A stretch of DNA of 64,000 nucleotides, taken from NCBI RefSeq assembly GCF_001194135.2, contig NC_068982.1, forward strand, positions 155,640,698 through 155,704,697, given 5' to 3'. A model generated the notes under the pieces. That model was not told the DNA's origin. It made no database searches and saw only the letters and a program-made list of their open reading frames with translations. Made by a program: the position numbers and the translations under genes. Below, in pieces: positions 37,965 through 51,128 of this stretch. Numbering within the stretch: the stretch's first letter is position 1; each line of letters starts with the position of its first letter. This DNA comes from Octopus bimaculoides. Its lineage: Eukaryota.

Positions 37965-38112
37965 ATTCAGAGATGAAAAAATTTAGCATTGTGATGCAAA
38001 CTGTATGGCCACTGAACATATAATCACCACATGTACGTACACCTTGGAGTGTCATACCAAATCCAGTAGCAATTTCTAAAGTACGTGTCAACTTTGCCCA
38101 GATATCATTGTC
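37965..38112 (-). CDS. SAMD8: SMSr coding exon with catalytic D3 motif
   Basis: TTGGTACAG acceptor, GAAT|GTAAGT donor; 148 nt; [14 protein letters not shown]. Confidence 0.93.
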
Positions 38113-38669
38113 CTGTACCAAGTAAAGAAATAAGTCTACATATTTACAATGTATAATCAAAATAGTTAAGTTAGTCTTAACTGTATTAAGTATATACAGT
38201 TAGTAATAAGAAGCTAATTATAAATATTAAACAATATCAGTTAAGGACTAATATCATTTTAATTATTCCAGTGAGTACAGATGACAAACCCAGATATATT
38301 TCAATCCTATTAGACAACCTCAATGAAGTACAGATTTCCCTGTGCATGTCAAAATAGCGATGAAAGAAAAATAAGCACTAATACAATATTGTACACTAGT
38401 TGGCATACAAAATTATTAGTAATATTTTTTAGAGAATAAATAACTCAGAGATTCTGTTTGCATGAAAAGTAATGATTAAGTTAGTTCTAATATATCTAAT
38501 GAAATTAAAAAGCGAATTGGACATAATTATGAAGAGAGGGAAAAAACAATATTAGTCAATGAGTAATACAGGCTGCAACAGGTATTTATAAACACAAGCT
38601 ATAAATGTACCAAAGCTTAATTTGTCTTCTTTTTTTTCAGATGTACCAACAGTTTCAGCATGATAGATT

Positions 38670-39260
38670 TCAATCTGACATATTGTGCTCATATTCTAGC
38701 TACCAACCACAGAGAATGAGATATTAGCTTCTTGAATGTAGCTGAGTCCTTTGAATTTGAGATTGGGTAAGAGCCAGGAATCTCTGGCAATGATGTATTA
38801 ACTGTGACAAGAGAAAGATACATTCTCAGTTGTCAGGATGGCTGATCTCATACAACAAGTCCAAGACATCATCAATGACAATCCCAGCAGGTTAATGAAA
38901 GCCATTACCAAGTAACTCAAGGTGGCAATGTCCAATATCAGATGTATGGTACATAAAGACATCAGGTACTTGTCCTACATGATAAGGAAACAACAGTTTC
39001 ACATTCATCAAGAATCAGGAGAACTGCCTGATCATGTGACTCCAACATCACATGGTCAGCTAACTCACAGGATTTGAATCCCTGATTGCTACTGCTACAT
39101 CAGAAGTGTTGTTGGAGGTTAGGTTAGGACTACTGCTGTGGGTGTGATGGATGAGAACCACCTAATCTTTGTTTTGCATCAGAACTGAGGAGGGTTTCAT
39201 TGAACAGCTCCTTTGACAAATCTAAATGAATGTCCCTATTTTGTGGGAGTATGTTACTTT
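38670..39260 (+). mobile_element. Internally deleted DD37D/maT-type Tc1/mariner fossil in a SAMD8 intron
   Basis: IQQVQDIINDNP...MVHKDIRYLSYMIRKQQF and WSANSQDLNP parallel the copy at 49894-51128. Confidence 0.7.
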
Positions 39261-41037
39261 TACTGACTGGTGTTTTATTTTCCTTCAATTTTTATTTGTT
39301 CATGGTTGCCTGGTGCATCCTCTATGTCTATATATGTGGGGTCAGAATTTGACAGTATTTTGTGGAACTAATTCAGATATCTACAATTCAGCAGAGCATG
39401 CAAGGTCTTTGGAAATACAGACCATTTCATAACACCAAAATTTATATTTTCTGTATTGCTGCATGATACAAAATCATGGACAAATCTGTAGTGATTTAGA
39501 TATTTTGGAAGTCTTTCAAATGAAATGAATCACAGAAGGATTACAGATTAAATTAACCATCTCAAGAATGATTACATTTGACAAACTAGTTTTTTCAGTT
39601 GATCATTTCTGATTTTATATGGAAACAGAAGTTATGCAGTTGCAAAAAGTCATGAGAATAAACACCCACCAAAATCCTAGAGATGAGGCGAGATTAAAGA
39701 AACTATTTTTCTAAGCTATAACCTTTCTAGTTCTGGTGGTGTAATAAAATGTAAAGCGGTTAGTGTTAGGAAGGTCATCAAGTGTAAAAATCATGCCATT
39801 AAAGGAAAGAATAAATTTGGCAGACAAGCAGGCATGGATTCCAGAAGACCCAATGCAAGCAACCCATCTAAAAGAAAAGCAATTCTAAATAAAAATACTG
39901 ATTCATACCAGAGAGGACTCTTTTGTTGTACAGCAGACATCCTCTTTAGTTTCACTAGCATAATAAACTGCATAAAGTCTGCATTGTAAAATGGTTGTTG
40001 GTAATTGAAAGTACATCTAACTTGCGCAAGCATGGAAAAGTGGACGTTAAAAGGACAATGATGTTCTAACCATAACTATTCCAAAAAAAAAAGTGACATG
40101 TACAACAAAGATAGTTGTGTGTATCTGTTTACTGTGTGTGCCAGATGACAAAAGCTATGTGACAAGTAGCAAGATGCTAAGAGACACAATCAGTTCATGC
40201 CAACATGAAATATTTGTCAAGATTTTTCAGTATTAAATGTAAATTCCAATAAAAATTAGCTGTCTTACTCCTAATTATGTACAGAGTATATGAGAGTATT
40301 CCAGCTAGAAACCATTATTTTTTAAAGTATGGGTAAATAATGTTCTTTCCAAAAGGCCTGATCTAAAGATGAGGTTAGTTTGAAAAATCAGACTTATTGA
40401 AAACCCCTCATTTTGGATATTTACACATTTAATTAAAATGGATAAATAGGAAACTAAAAATGATATTTTTGCCTTAAAGAGTAACCTTTTCTCTCTCCAC
40501 TATTTTTCCTAGTATGTTAGAATGGGAAATGAAGACAGCTAAATCTATAGGTGTCGAGTTAAGAAGCTTGCTTCATAATTACATGGTTCTCAGTTTGATT
40601 CCACTATATGACACTTTGGGCAAATGTCTTGTGTCCACTCAAATCTTGTGAGTGAAACTGGGTAAATAGAAATTATGCAGAAGCCTGTTGAATGGACTGT
40701 ACCAGTTCTTTGGTGCTAGACTTAATCCATTGCTCAGTTTAACACCACCACTAGCTCTTGGATGCCTTTACTGGATCTGTCCACTCTGTTGCAAATATTC
40801 AGATCAGGTGTCCAGTCTGAGGATAACTAGACATCTTCAAGTGTTGCTGCTTTCTACTGCAGCAATCAATGAATCATGATTTCTCCTTCCCATTCCCTCC
40901 AACTGGCTTTTGAGGTCTTGCAAAATATGGTCCCTGTCATGAAAAAAAAAAGGAAAGCAAAACAAGAATTAAAAAAAAATAACTGAGGAACTTGGACAGG
41001 TTAATTAAAGAATTCTAAGTGAGGACTCAAAATATAC

Positions 41038-41155
41038 CTTAGCTTCACACTGCAGGTGTACTCCAGGCACAGATAGTGATGTAATAAGCATTGTAACACA
41101 GCGTAACAAGAATACAGTACCCATCAGGGAAAACATTCTTCGCATTAAAATAAAC
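41038..41155 (-). CDS. SAMD8: SMSr coding exon ([39 protein letters not shown])
   Basis: TTTCTTTTTCAG acceptor, AAG|GTATAT donor; 118 nt phase 2 to 0, frame-consistent with both neighbours; not in the ORF track. Confidence 0.93.
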
Positions 41156-43020
41156 CTGAAAAAGAAATAAAAAACCTAATAAAAATCAAGTGAACTGAGC
41201 AATCAATGATTAAGCAAAACCAACTTCCATAAATACTTTCTCCATATGGTCTGTACTCTTACATTGTTGTTTAATCCCTTGTCAGCACCAATCAACAAGA
41301 TCTATCATCAAAAGCATTCCAGCTGTGATCATCTCATCTCTTTGTATATAAAAGACTACATTGTGTTATGTAACCTTCTTTATTTAAGATAGTAGTGTAT
41401 GATTTGAGGGATTTAGTTGCTATTTCTAGTGTGATCACTATGGGTTCCCTCACTGGCTTGTATGGTACCAGTGTTTGTGTGTGCAGTGTAGTAAATAGAT
41501 AAGTCTGCTTTGCAGTCAAAATTCTAAGTTGTAACCTATGTAGGTGATGGTGGAAAAGAGTTTTCTCATTTAACATTGGGTTGATCCTAGCCTCTTAACT
41601 GAAACTGAATAAACAATAACTGTGTGGAAGCCTACCAGCCAGACTGTATTTATGAATTAAAGTCCTAGCCTTGTCATAAATTCTGCATGAGGTTAAAGGT
41701 ACAAGTATCAGTAAAATTCTGAAATTTGCAGTCATACATAAGAGAGTAAAGTTTTTGCATGTTAGGTACCATAAAATAACAACTGAGATAAAGGGGTTTG
41801 AGGTGTGTATTAAAAACTGATGAGTGTGTGTGTGTACATATCGTTTCATTCAATGTCCATATTTCATGCTAGCATGGGTTGGACGTTTGACAGGATTTGA
41901 AGTGGCAGAAGGCTGTACTGGCTCCAATGTCTGTTTTTGGCAAGGTTTCTATGGATCGATGCCCTCCATAATGTCACCCACTTTACAGAGTATACTGATG
42001 TATTGAGTGCTTCTGTTGTGGCACCAGCACAAAAGAGGTTACCAAGTAACAGGCAAGACAAGATTCCTGTAATAGAGTAAGGGGTTCAGTATCAAGGGAA
42101 GTGGATTTGTGCCAGGTGTTGAGAGGCTAAAGTATGACAGAGGAGATACATAGTTACATCAGCAAGAAAAGAGGAAAGAATGGCGAAAAGATGTCAGGGC
42201 ATAGCCTCATGGTATAAGAAGGAGAATAAAAAGAGAATAGGGAGTAAGAATAGAGGGTGATGAGAGTGTGAAAGAAAAGTGACAGACTGTAAAGATGAGG
42301 ACAGAAATGAATGCTGTGAATGATGAACATGGATGGAGGTGCAGACGATGGTGAATCTCAGTTTAGGGGAATGTGAGGAAAATAGGAATGGATTAGTGAA
42401 AAGAAGATAGGTGGAATAAAAAAAAAAAAAACGAGAAGTGTTGGTGGAGAGCAATAGTATAATAAAACTAAAACGAGAAGTGTTGGTGGAGAGCAATAGT
42501 ATAATAAAACTAGGTAAATGAGAAATAAGGAGATTATGTAAAATATGGGTGAAAGAGAAGTTGAAGAGACAAAGGTCAGAGGCATGCAGGACTGGATATT
42601 GAATAATAACAGAGATGGGGCATTGATGGCAGATACGAGATGGTGCTCAGTGGAAATAAAGTGGTAAGGGATGTTGTTAGGAGAATGGGATGATTGGTAA
42701 GGGAAGTGGTTCCAAACAGAAGGACAACTGGCAGAATGAAAAAGTGGAATGGAGTATGTGCACTTCAGGTCTCATATAATTACAGCAACTAAGGAAATAG
42801 TGCCATGGCTAGAAGATTAATGAAGGATGAGTGTTATGAAGATGATTTTCAGGAAAGGTACAAATTGGGTGTAGGGGTATAGATGTGCACACATAAAAAA
42901 ATCAATTTTAAAACAAGGATTATATATATGTGTGTGTGTGTGTGTGTAAAGTAGCAGCACATCAAATGATGGTTACATATGAGGGGAGAGAGGAGAGAGT
43001 GAATGATATTAAATATATTG

Positions 43021-43193
43021 GCTTCAAATTTTGGCATAAGGCCAGTAATTTTAGGGGAGAGGGTAAGTCAATTACATTGATCCCAATCCTCGACTGGTAC
43101 TTATTTTATTGAGGATGAAAGGCAAAGTCGACCTCAGTGGAATTTGAACTTGGACGAAATGGCGCTAATAATTCTGTCAGCTCGCCACTCAAG
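43021..43193 (-). mobile_element. Family-A SINE with 17-bp flanking direct repeat
   Basis: tgatattaaatatattg at 43004-43020 and 43194-43210. Confidence 0.8.
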
Positions 43194-45713
43194 TGATATT
43201 AAATATATTGAAATGAAAATTAATTAAAATATGGAGTTATCTCCCCTTATGTGACATATCAATAAACAAAGATTATTATTGTTAAAAGAAATAATTATAC
43301 TGATATATCTAAAAATTGAGCTTTATTTAGTTTTCCATTTAGTCATTATGAGCATCTCTATATTTTGCAGAGTTTCTACAGTAAAAATTAGTTAGGTACT
43401 ATGTACAATACAATTAACATTTGTTTTTCTGCATCAAAACGTCAATTACCAAATGGATTTTGTGCAGAAACAGTGATGTCAAATCACTAATACCAAATTG
43501 CTTGTGGAAAAATGTCCATAACCATGAAAACAGAGATGGTGATAATGATGATATGGAGGGTACTATAGCAGTGTAAATGAAAATATACAAAATAAATGGG
43601 TGCAAGTATGTACTTGTGTTTGAGAAGTTCACTTTCCAATCAGGTTAAACTGTATTATGTGGTACCTTTGACAAAGGTCTTCTACAATAATACTGAAAAC
43701 ATCTACACTTGGTGAGTAAAATTAGGAGGATGGTCAGTGTGTGGCAGTCTGTAAAATAGATTGTATATGTTCTTCTGTGGTAGACTTCATCTATCTCTAG
43801 GTTAAACACTATCATCTAGTCTTTGTATGCTTTTAATAGAGTCCATTCAGTTGCAGTCACAGTGGACAACAATTCAGTCAGAGAATTACTCAATATTTTG
43901 ATGTGCTATTCACAACTATTGCAACCTATGTGTTGTAGCTTTCCCTTCTTTTATACCAATCTTCAGTTTTCTATCATAAAATCAAGGAGACTACAGTACA
44001 ATAAAGGAGTGAAATCATTACAAATGTAGTTGTATATATTCGAGGTACTGACTTTACAAACCATCAAGTCATTTCAATGTTTTTCCAATGTCTCATTGAA
44101 GATCAAAATATGTTTATAATCAACAATTTACATGATACTTATATAGGAAAAATAAAACATGCACAAAAAATATACTACCTTAAGGAAAGTTCTAGATTAA
44201 AAAAACCCAAACAACTGCACCAATAAATCTACTAATAATGCAGATTATTCTGATGCAATGGATCAACTGCATTTATAAGGGTCTTCAACTACTTCATTTT
44301 AATTGTATTTTAATCCTTGAAAGTCTTTTATGGGCCAATGATTAGATCTGGAGTGAGAGCATAAACCAGTTGAAAAAGATTGACTCCTGGATAGGATACC
44401 AGAGTTTGAAAAATTTAAATTTTTCATGCTCTAAAATTATGAGTTAAAATTAGTAAAAGCTGAACATTAAGAGTATAAATGAGCTTCTGGTTAAGCATGT
44501 CTAACTCAGCTTTTCTATTTCATCTTTCTGGGATCCATAAAGTAAAAGTACATCTCCAGAAGTGTGGGTTGGAACTGTTGGGGCATTGCACAAAATGTTT
44601 AACAACATCTGTTCAGCTTTCAGCATTGAGTGCCTAGGGAAGTGTGGTGACCTTGTCTGTATTAAACCAACAGGACAGTATTTTGTAAAAAAAACAAAAC
44701 AAAATGCTTGAAAGACATGTAACTTTTGTATTCTTACATGAAAGTTTCATGACAAGAACACAGTTTTTATTAAGTAATTCATCAGGTGATGTTCACAAAC
44801 TGATAGCTCAAAAAGGAATATTGAGCATATATGTAACCAAAATAGTTAATCATTTATTACCATCAAAGCAAGGCAGTTGAATGATAGAAAAGATAGAATA
44901 CCAGCCAAAATGCTACTATAGTATTTGTTTTAGTCCCTTGTTATAATTTCATTCACATCTCAGACGGTTTATAGGAATACCAAATTGGCACTAGTACTTG
45001 TTTAGTTTATTTATTGACTTCTGGAAAGATGCGTGAAAGTTGATCTCAAAAAGTAAAGGGTCATTTCTAAATGCTGTAGGCATTTAGTTTGACACTCTTT
45101 TGTCTCTCTCAGCCTCAGCATGAATCCTGATGTCAACTTTGCCTTTGTTTCTTTCAAGGAGTTGACAAAACAAGTAATAAATATTTAGTGAAGTTGATTT
45201 CAATTAACTACACCCTCACTCCCACTATAAGTCTGTAGCCGAGTACTAATATCAAAAATAGAATTTTGTCTTTTACTCTCTCATGTTAAAAACAGACTGG
45301 TTGTATTTGACAGTGAACTTAATTAATAAAAAAAAAAAGCTGAATGGAAATAATTATTCAATGAGAAAGAAAATCGTTAGTCTTTTACTTATACTGTTTT
45401 GATTTGTTCAACATGTACAGGAGAAATCTTCAGACATATTTTGATTTTGCTATACCTTTTTGGGGAATCTCTAAACATTCATATGTAAAAAAAAAACAAT
45501 TATTATAGAAGACACTAGCTGACAGAGTCCACAAAAGTAGAAAGGAAACTTAAATCACATGGTCCTCAAGCTGACTTCTTAACCACATAACTATATCTCT
45601 ACTACATGCATACATACATAAATTGCAGCTGAAATGGCAAAATGGACATAGATTTAAGATAATAAAGGCTTTTACTGACAGTGTTAAAAGAAAGCTGAGG
45701 TAGTAGCACTTAC

Positions 45714-46333
45714 CTGTGTTTGTGGAAGAAAAGAACAGCACACCACATACTGACAAGGATTATTCCAATCATTTCACAGACTTCAAAGGCCCATGGAACA
45801 TAAGGCATATTATCCAGAAATATATCAGGAAGAGGAGGATATTTACGCATATCAGGAACTCGTTCATGGACAATGACCATCACAAATGACGTAATTAGAA
45901 AGACGGTGAATATATAGAAAAAACTTAAAACTGTTTTCCAAATTTCTGGATCAAGATGTTGTGACTGAGCTCCTGACACTTCATCACAATCTTCAAACAA
46001 TGATGTATCAGACTGGCTTTCTACAGGACTAGGCAGATTCCGTCGGCGTACAGTCATTCTGCTGCTGTCCACCTTACGGACATAGGAATGGTTGCAATTT
46101 GTTAAAGAGTTACCTGCAGTTACTTGTAAGTGTTGTACATGCAGCATAAGGCGTTTAATATCACCAAGGACTGGAATTGCTATTGGTTCCTGCTTCAGGT
46201 CATTCTCACTGAGTGTTAACAGCACCTGCCCATCAATGCGATGAGTCTCGGTCAGTAGATACACATACTCACCAAAGCCATTTTGTGTAAGCCAGTCTGC
46301 TACTTGGACACAATTCCATTTAGCAACATCCAT
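45714..46333 (-). CDS. SAMD8: SMSr SAM-domain exon (exon acceptor at 46350)
   Basis: SAM domain [10 protein letters not shown]...[16 protein letters not shown]...[22 protein letters not shown] (D1 motif); GGTTTTTAG acceptor, CACAG|GTAAGT donor; the four exons sum to 1203 nt = 400 aa + stop. Confidence 0.94.
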
Positions 46334-46384
46334 CTCTCTTAAATATTCATCTAAAAACCATAGAAAGATAATATTAATAATAAT

Positions 46385-47085
46385 AATAATAATAGTTTCA
46401 AATTTTAGTATAAGGCCAGCAATTTCAGGGGAGGGGATAAATTGATTACATTGACACCAGTACTCAATTGGTACTTACTTTATCAACCCCAAAAAGACAA
46501 AAGGCAAAGCTAAGCATTTTGTCTGGTGTGCTCACCACCTTAATAATAATAATCCTTTCTACTAAAGGCACAAGGCCTGAAATTTTTTGGGGAGGGTCTA
46601 GTTAATTGTATTGACCCCAGTATGCAACTGGTACTTATTTCACCGACCCTGAAAGGATGAAAGGCAAAGTTGTTCTCGGCAGAATTTGAACTAAGAAGAT
46701 AAAGATGGACAAAATGCTGCTGTTTTGCCTGGCTTGCTAACATTTCTGCCAGCTTGCTACCTTAATAACAATAATGGTTTCAAATTCTAACACAAGGCCA
46801 CCAGTTTCTGAGGGGAGGGGGCTAATTGATTACATCAACCCCAGCACTTGACTGGTACTTATTTTACCAATCTGAGAAGAGTGAAAGGTAAAGTTGATCA
46901 TGATAGAATTTGAACTCAGAACATAAAGATGGATAAAATGCTGCTAAGAATTTTGCCCAGTGTGCTCATGATTCTGCTAGCTTGCCACTTTCATAACAAC
47001 AACAACAGTAACAATAACAACAACAATCATAAGGTTTTCAAATTTTGGCACAAGGCCAGAAATTTCGGAGGAGGGGGTTTGACGG
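46385..47085 (-). mobile_element. Head-to-tail array of four family-A SINE copies
   Basis: repeated (aat)n ggtttcaaatttt...aaggccag...gaaaggcaaag...ctgccagct units at ~46385, 46541, 46765 and 47020. Confidence 0.8.
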
Positions 47086-47261
47086 CAGATACAACAAAAC
47101 AGAATGACTAAAATGATACCAGAAACATCAAAAACCTACATAAAGTAAATCTAATGTAGCATACAAACAAGTCTTCATTTCCAAAAGACAATACTGTACA
47201 CACCTCAGGTGTGAGAGCCTAGTAGTGTGAATGTACACCAAGTAATATGATCGAAACTCAC

Positions 47262-47280
47262 ATGAAATCGATGAAAACAT
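47262..47280 (-). CDS. SAMD8: Candidate upstream coding exon end of SAMD8 (MFSSIS/Y)
   Basis: ATG TTT TCA TCG ATT TCA T|GTGAGT splices in frame to |AT GAA TAT TTA AGA GAG ATG at 46350. Confidence 0.4.
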
Positions 47281-47510
47281 GACAATAAAGAGAAACAATC
47301 CAGGCGCATGCAGTAAATAAATTGTTAACAAAAGACCTCAAATGTAAAAATATTTTTACAAAAAATACTTACTTACAAATTTTTACATATATATATATTT
47401 ACTTACAAATATATATATCTTAATATATAAAATGCTAAGTCATGTGTAGAGTTTTGGTTGGCTTCCCTCTTCTGTCAAGCTGGAAGGAAAAAGCAGTAGC
47501 TGTGATAGGT

Positions 47511-47550
<40 letters not shown>

Positions 47551-47789
47551 TAAAGTGTTATAAAGACAGGTAGATTAGATAGATAAATAGATAAGTGAGA
47601 GACTGATGGAGATGGTCAGTAGTTTGTGATGCAAGCAGTAATTAAACTTTGGAAGAGGTGGTTAAAAAAGAGTTAAAGTGAAACAGATAGTGTAAGAGAG
47701 AAGATGGAAACATATAAAGTTCAGCAATAAGGAGGTGAAATTAGAGGTGATGTTGGGAAATGAAAAGAATGGTAGAATGCTCCCATGCT

Positions 47790-48098
47790 GGTGGCATGTA
47801 AAAAGCACCATACGAGCGTGATCATTGCCAGCACTGCCTTACCAGCACATGTGCCGGTGACATGTGAAAAACAACATTCGAGCGTGGTCGTTGCCAGTGC
47901 CGCCTGACTGGCCCTCGTGACGGTGGCACATAAAAGCACCCACTACACTCTTAGAGTGGTTGGCGTTAGGAAGGGCATTCAGCTGTAGAAACTTTGCCAG
48001 ATCAGATTGAGCCTGGTGCAGCCTCTGGCTCACCAGTCCTTAGTCAAACCGTCCAACCCATGCCAGCATGGAAAGCGGACATTGAACAACGATGATGA
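47790..48098 (+). mobile_element. RTE 3'-tail repeat copy
   Basis: same family sequence ending gatgatgat followed by (TA)n and a gap. Confidence 0.85.
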
Positions 48099-48110
48099 TT
48101 ATATATATAT

Positions 48111-48896
48111 NNNNNNNNNNNNNNNNNNNNNNNNNNNNNNNNNNNNNNNNNNNNNNNNNNNNNNNNNNNNNNNNNNNNNNNNNNNNNNNNNNNNNNNNNN
48201 NNNNNNNNNNNNNNNNNNNNNNNNNNNNNNNNNNNNNNNNNNNNNNNNNNNNNNNNNNNNNNNNNNNNNNNNNNNNNNNNNNNNNNNNNNNNNNNNNNNN
48301 NNNNNNNNNNNNNNNNNNNNNNNNNNNNNNNNNNNNNNNNNNNNNNNNNNNNNNNNNNNNNNNNNNNNNNNNNNNNNNNNNNNNNNNNNNNNNNNNNNNN
48401 NNNNNNNNNNNNNNNNNNNNNNNNNNNNNNNNNNNNNNNNNNNNNNNNNNNNNNNNNNNNNNNNNNNNNNNNNNNNNNNNNNNNNNNNNNNNNNNNNNNN
48501 NNNNNNNNNNNNNNNNNNNNNNNNNNNNNNNNNNNNNNNNNNNNNNNNNNNNNNNNNNNNNNNNNNNNNNNNNNNNNNNNNNNNNNNNNNNNNNNNNNNN
48601 NNNNNNNNNNNNNNNNNNNNNNNNNNNNNNNNNNNNNNNNNNNNNNNNNNNNNNNNNNNNNNNNNNNNNNNNNNNNNNNNNNNNNNNNNNNNNNNNNNNN
48701 NNNNNNNNNNNNNNNNNNNNNNNNNNNNNNNNNNNNNNNNNNNNNNNNNNNNNNNNNNNNNNNNNNNNNNNNNNNNNNNNNNNNNNNNNNNNNNNNNNNN
48801 NNNNNNNNNNNNNNNNNNNNNNNNNNNNNNNNNNNNNNNNNNNNNNNNNNNNNNNNNNNNNNNNNNNNNNNNNNNNNNNNNNNNNNNNNNNNNNNN
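48111..48896. other. Assembly gap (786 N)
   Basis: run of N. Confidence 1.
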
Positions 48897-49893
48897 CACA
48901 CTTCCTGCTTAACACAAACTTTTAACCCTTTTTTTAAACCTAACACAACTCTCAATTCTCATGCATCCTTATTTTTCCAACCATTATATACATGAACTAC
49001 CATTGAACTTCAAAAGCTCAAAGACAATATAATGTATTGGTATATATATTTTTTTATATAATATTTTCTTCATTTTGTACTTCTTTGTAAAAAACATTTT
49101 CATTCTCCTTGAAAATTTGCTTCGCAATGAAAGCCGGTTAGAAATCTTTATTAAAATATACTTCCAGTTTAGCATTCTGCTTTATTCTTCATTTTCCTAT
49201 TATTTCTCCACGTGCGGTTAACACAACCCCAGTATTTACTGACATATATATATTTATTTGTGTGTCTGTGTTTGTCCTCCCACCATCGCCTGACAACCGA
49301 TGTTGGTGTGTTTACATCCCTGTAACTTAGCTATTTGGCAAAAGAGACTGATAGAATAAGTACTAGGCTTACAAAGAATAAGTGCTGGGGGTCGATTTGT
49401 TTGACTAAAGGCAGTGCTTCAGTATGGCCGCAGTCAAAAGAATAAATATATACATACATGAAGAGTGTACAAAGCTAGATTATCAAGGTGGGTATTGTAA
49501 GAGCTCTCACATATAGTCAAAGTTCCGGCTAACTGCATCAAGTAGAAAGAAGCACCAAGGATCGCTTAAGCTGAGCAATCCCACTGTAATTCTTCTGAAG
49601 GGTAAATCGGGGTTCGCTTCACCGGATTATGAATATTTTTACGAATATAAATCCAAAGCAATTACAGAGAATATGGAGATTAGTACATTTTCAAATTTTC
49701 CCTTCAATTTTGACAGCATAATTAGTTAAATGACAACACGTGTTTCTGCTGCATAGAGAAAATGAAGTTGCACATGCAACCCACATTATTCTGCTATGCA
49801 CCTTCATTCAGAGCTTTGCCACAGGTGTGGTCTGAAGCAAACTGAAATTATTTATGTGTGGGTAGCTTATATCTTTATTTTACTATGATTTTA

Positions 49894-51128
49894 CAGGGTG
49901 TGTAAGGTATTTGAGAACATACCTTTTTTGGGTCATTGCTGCATTTTTGCTAACTCTGTATAATCTTTGTTTCAGAAAATAATAATAGCAGACCCTCAGC
50001 TTACTTAAGAAATGAAGAGGTATGCTGTTATTGTGGTTATAAAGGTTGAACACAGTGATTTAGAAATATCTTGAGCTTCAAAAGTTGCCAGATCTTTTGC
50101 CTACAAAGTTTGTAAGGAGCTAGAGACTGAAGATAGAAACATATCAGTATTAAAGCACAAAAAGCATTCTAAATGCTCTGAAATCATCAGAACACCTGAA
50201 TTTATCCAGCAAGATCAACAGACCATTGATTACAATCCCAGAAAGTCCATGAGGTCAATTGCAAAAGATCTCCATGTGTCAGAAGGAACAGTTAGAAATG
50301 TTGTCTACGAAGACATCAGATACAAGTCTTATATGATGAGGAAAGGTCAATTTGTCAGAAAATGCAAAAGAAAATCACTACATCATATCTAAAAGGCTCT
50401 TAAGCAAATTGAAAAATCCAGCAGGAGAAGATTTGATTTGGATTTTCTCAAATGAAAAAAACTCTGACCAAGTTAACAGAAGAAATGACAGATGGTTATG
50501 TGCAGACCCTTCTGAAGTTCCATGTGTTATGCATACAAAACTTCCTGCAACTGCCATCGTTTTAGGGGGTTGTCAGCAATGAAGGACATGCAATGCCTCC
50601 TTACTTCTTTCCACAAGGCTTTAGAATTAACTCTTCTGCCTACATTGAAGTCCTGGAAATAATTGTTAAGCCCTGATAGACAGTGTATGCAATGGAAGGC
50701 CATATGTGTTTCAGTAAGACTCTGCACTATCACACATGGCTCTATTTACATAGCAATGGATAGCTGAAAATTTTCAAGATCACATAACCCCTAACATTTG
50801 GCCTCCTAATTCCCAAGATCTCAATCCATTGGACTATTACATGTGGAACGTTGTTCAGAGAGAGGTCAATGAACACGCCCATAATGCCAAAAATTCTTTG
50901 AAAGCTGCCGTAGTCAGAGTAATGTCCAAAATGAATCATGACCACTTGATTCGAGCATGTAGATGATTTAGATCTCGTATAGAAACAGCTGTTGAAGCTG
51001 AAGGTGGCTTTATTGAATAACATTATAGAAAAGAAGGTTTACTTTTATCCTCATAGCATTTTTTGATAAATAAAGTTATGTTTTTTTTTATAAACATAAA
51101 TCTGACCACAAATATCTTATGCACCCTG
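49894..51128 (+). mobile_element. Near-full-length Tc1/mariner fossil of the DD37D (maT) type
   Basis: TA|CAGGGTGTGTAAGGTATTTG ... CAAATATCTTATGCACCCTG|TA terminal inverted repeats; disrupted transposase 50012-51020 with FSNEK, FQ*DSALSH, WPPNSQDLNPLDY; 37 residues between second and third D. Confidence 0.9.

Noticed and set aside
42429-42510. Perfect 42-bp tandem duplication after a poly-A run
   Set aside because: Most simply slippage or an assembly duplication in a purine-rich repeat; no functional signal.
48007-48955. Long ORFs of 266-303 aa in the track
   Set aside because: They are almost entirely X from the 786-N gap.
49458-49640. CpG-containing segment ending in a minus-strand GTATGT donor, a possible distal SAMD8 first exon
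   Set aside because: Only a donor-like motif supports it; the 47262 candidate has better support and neither can be confirmed without transcripts.
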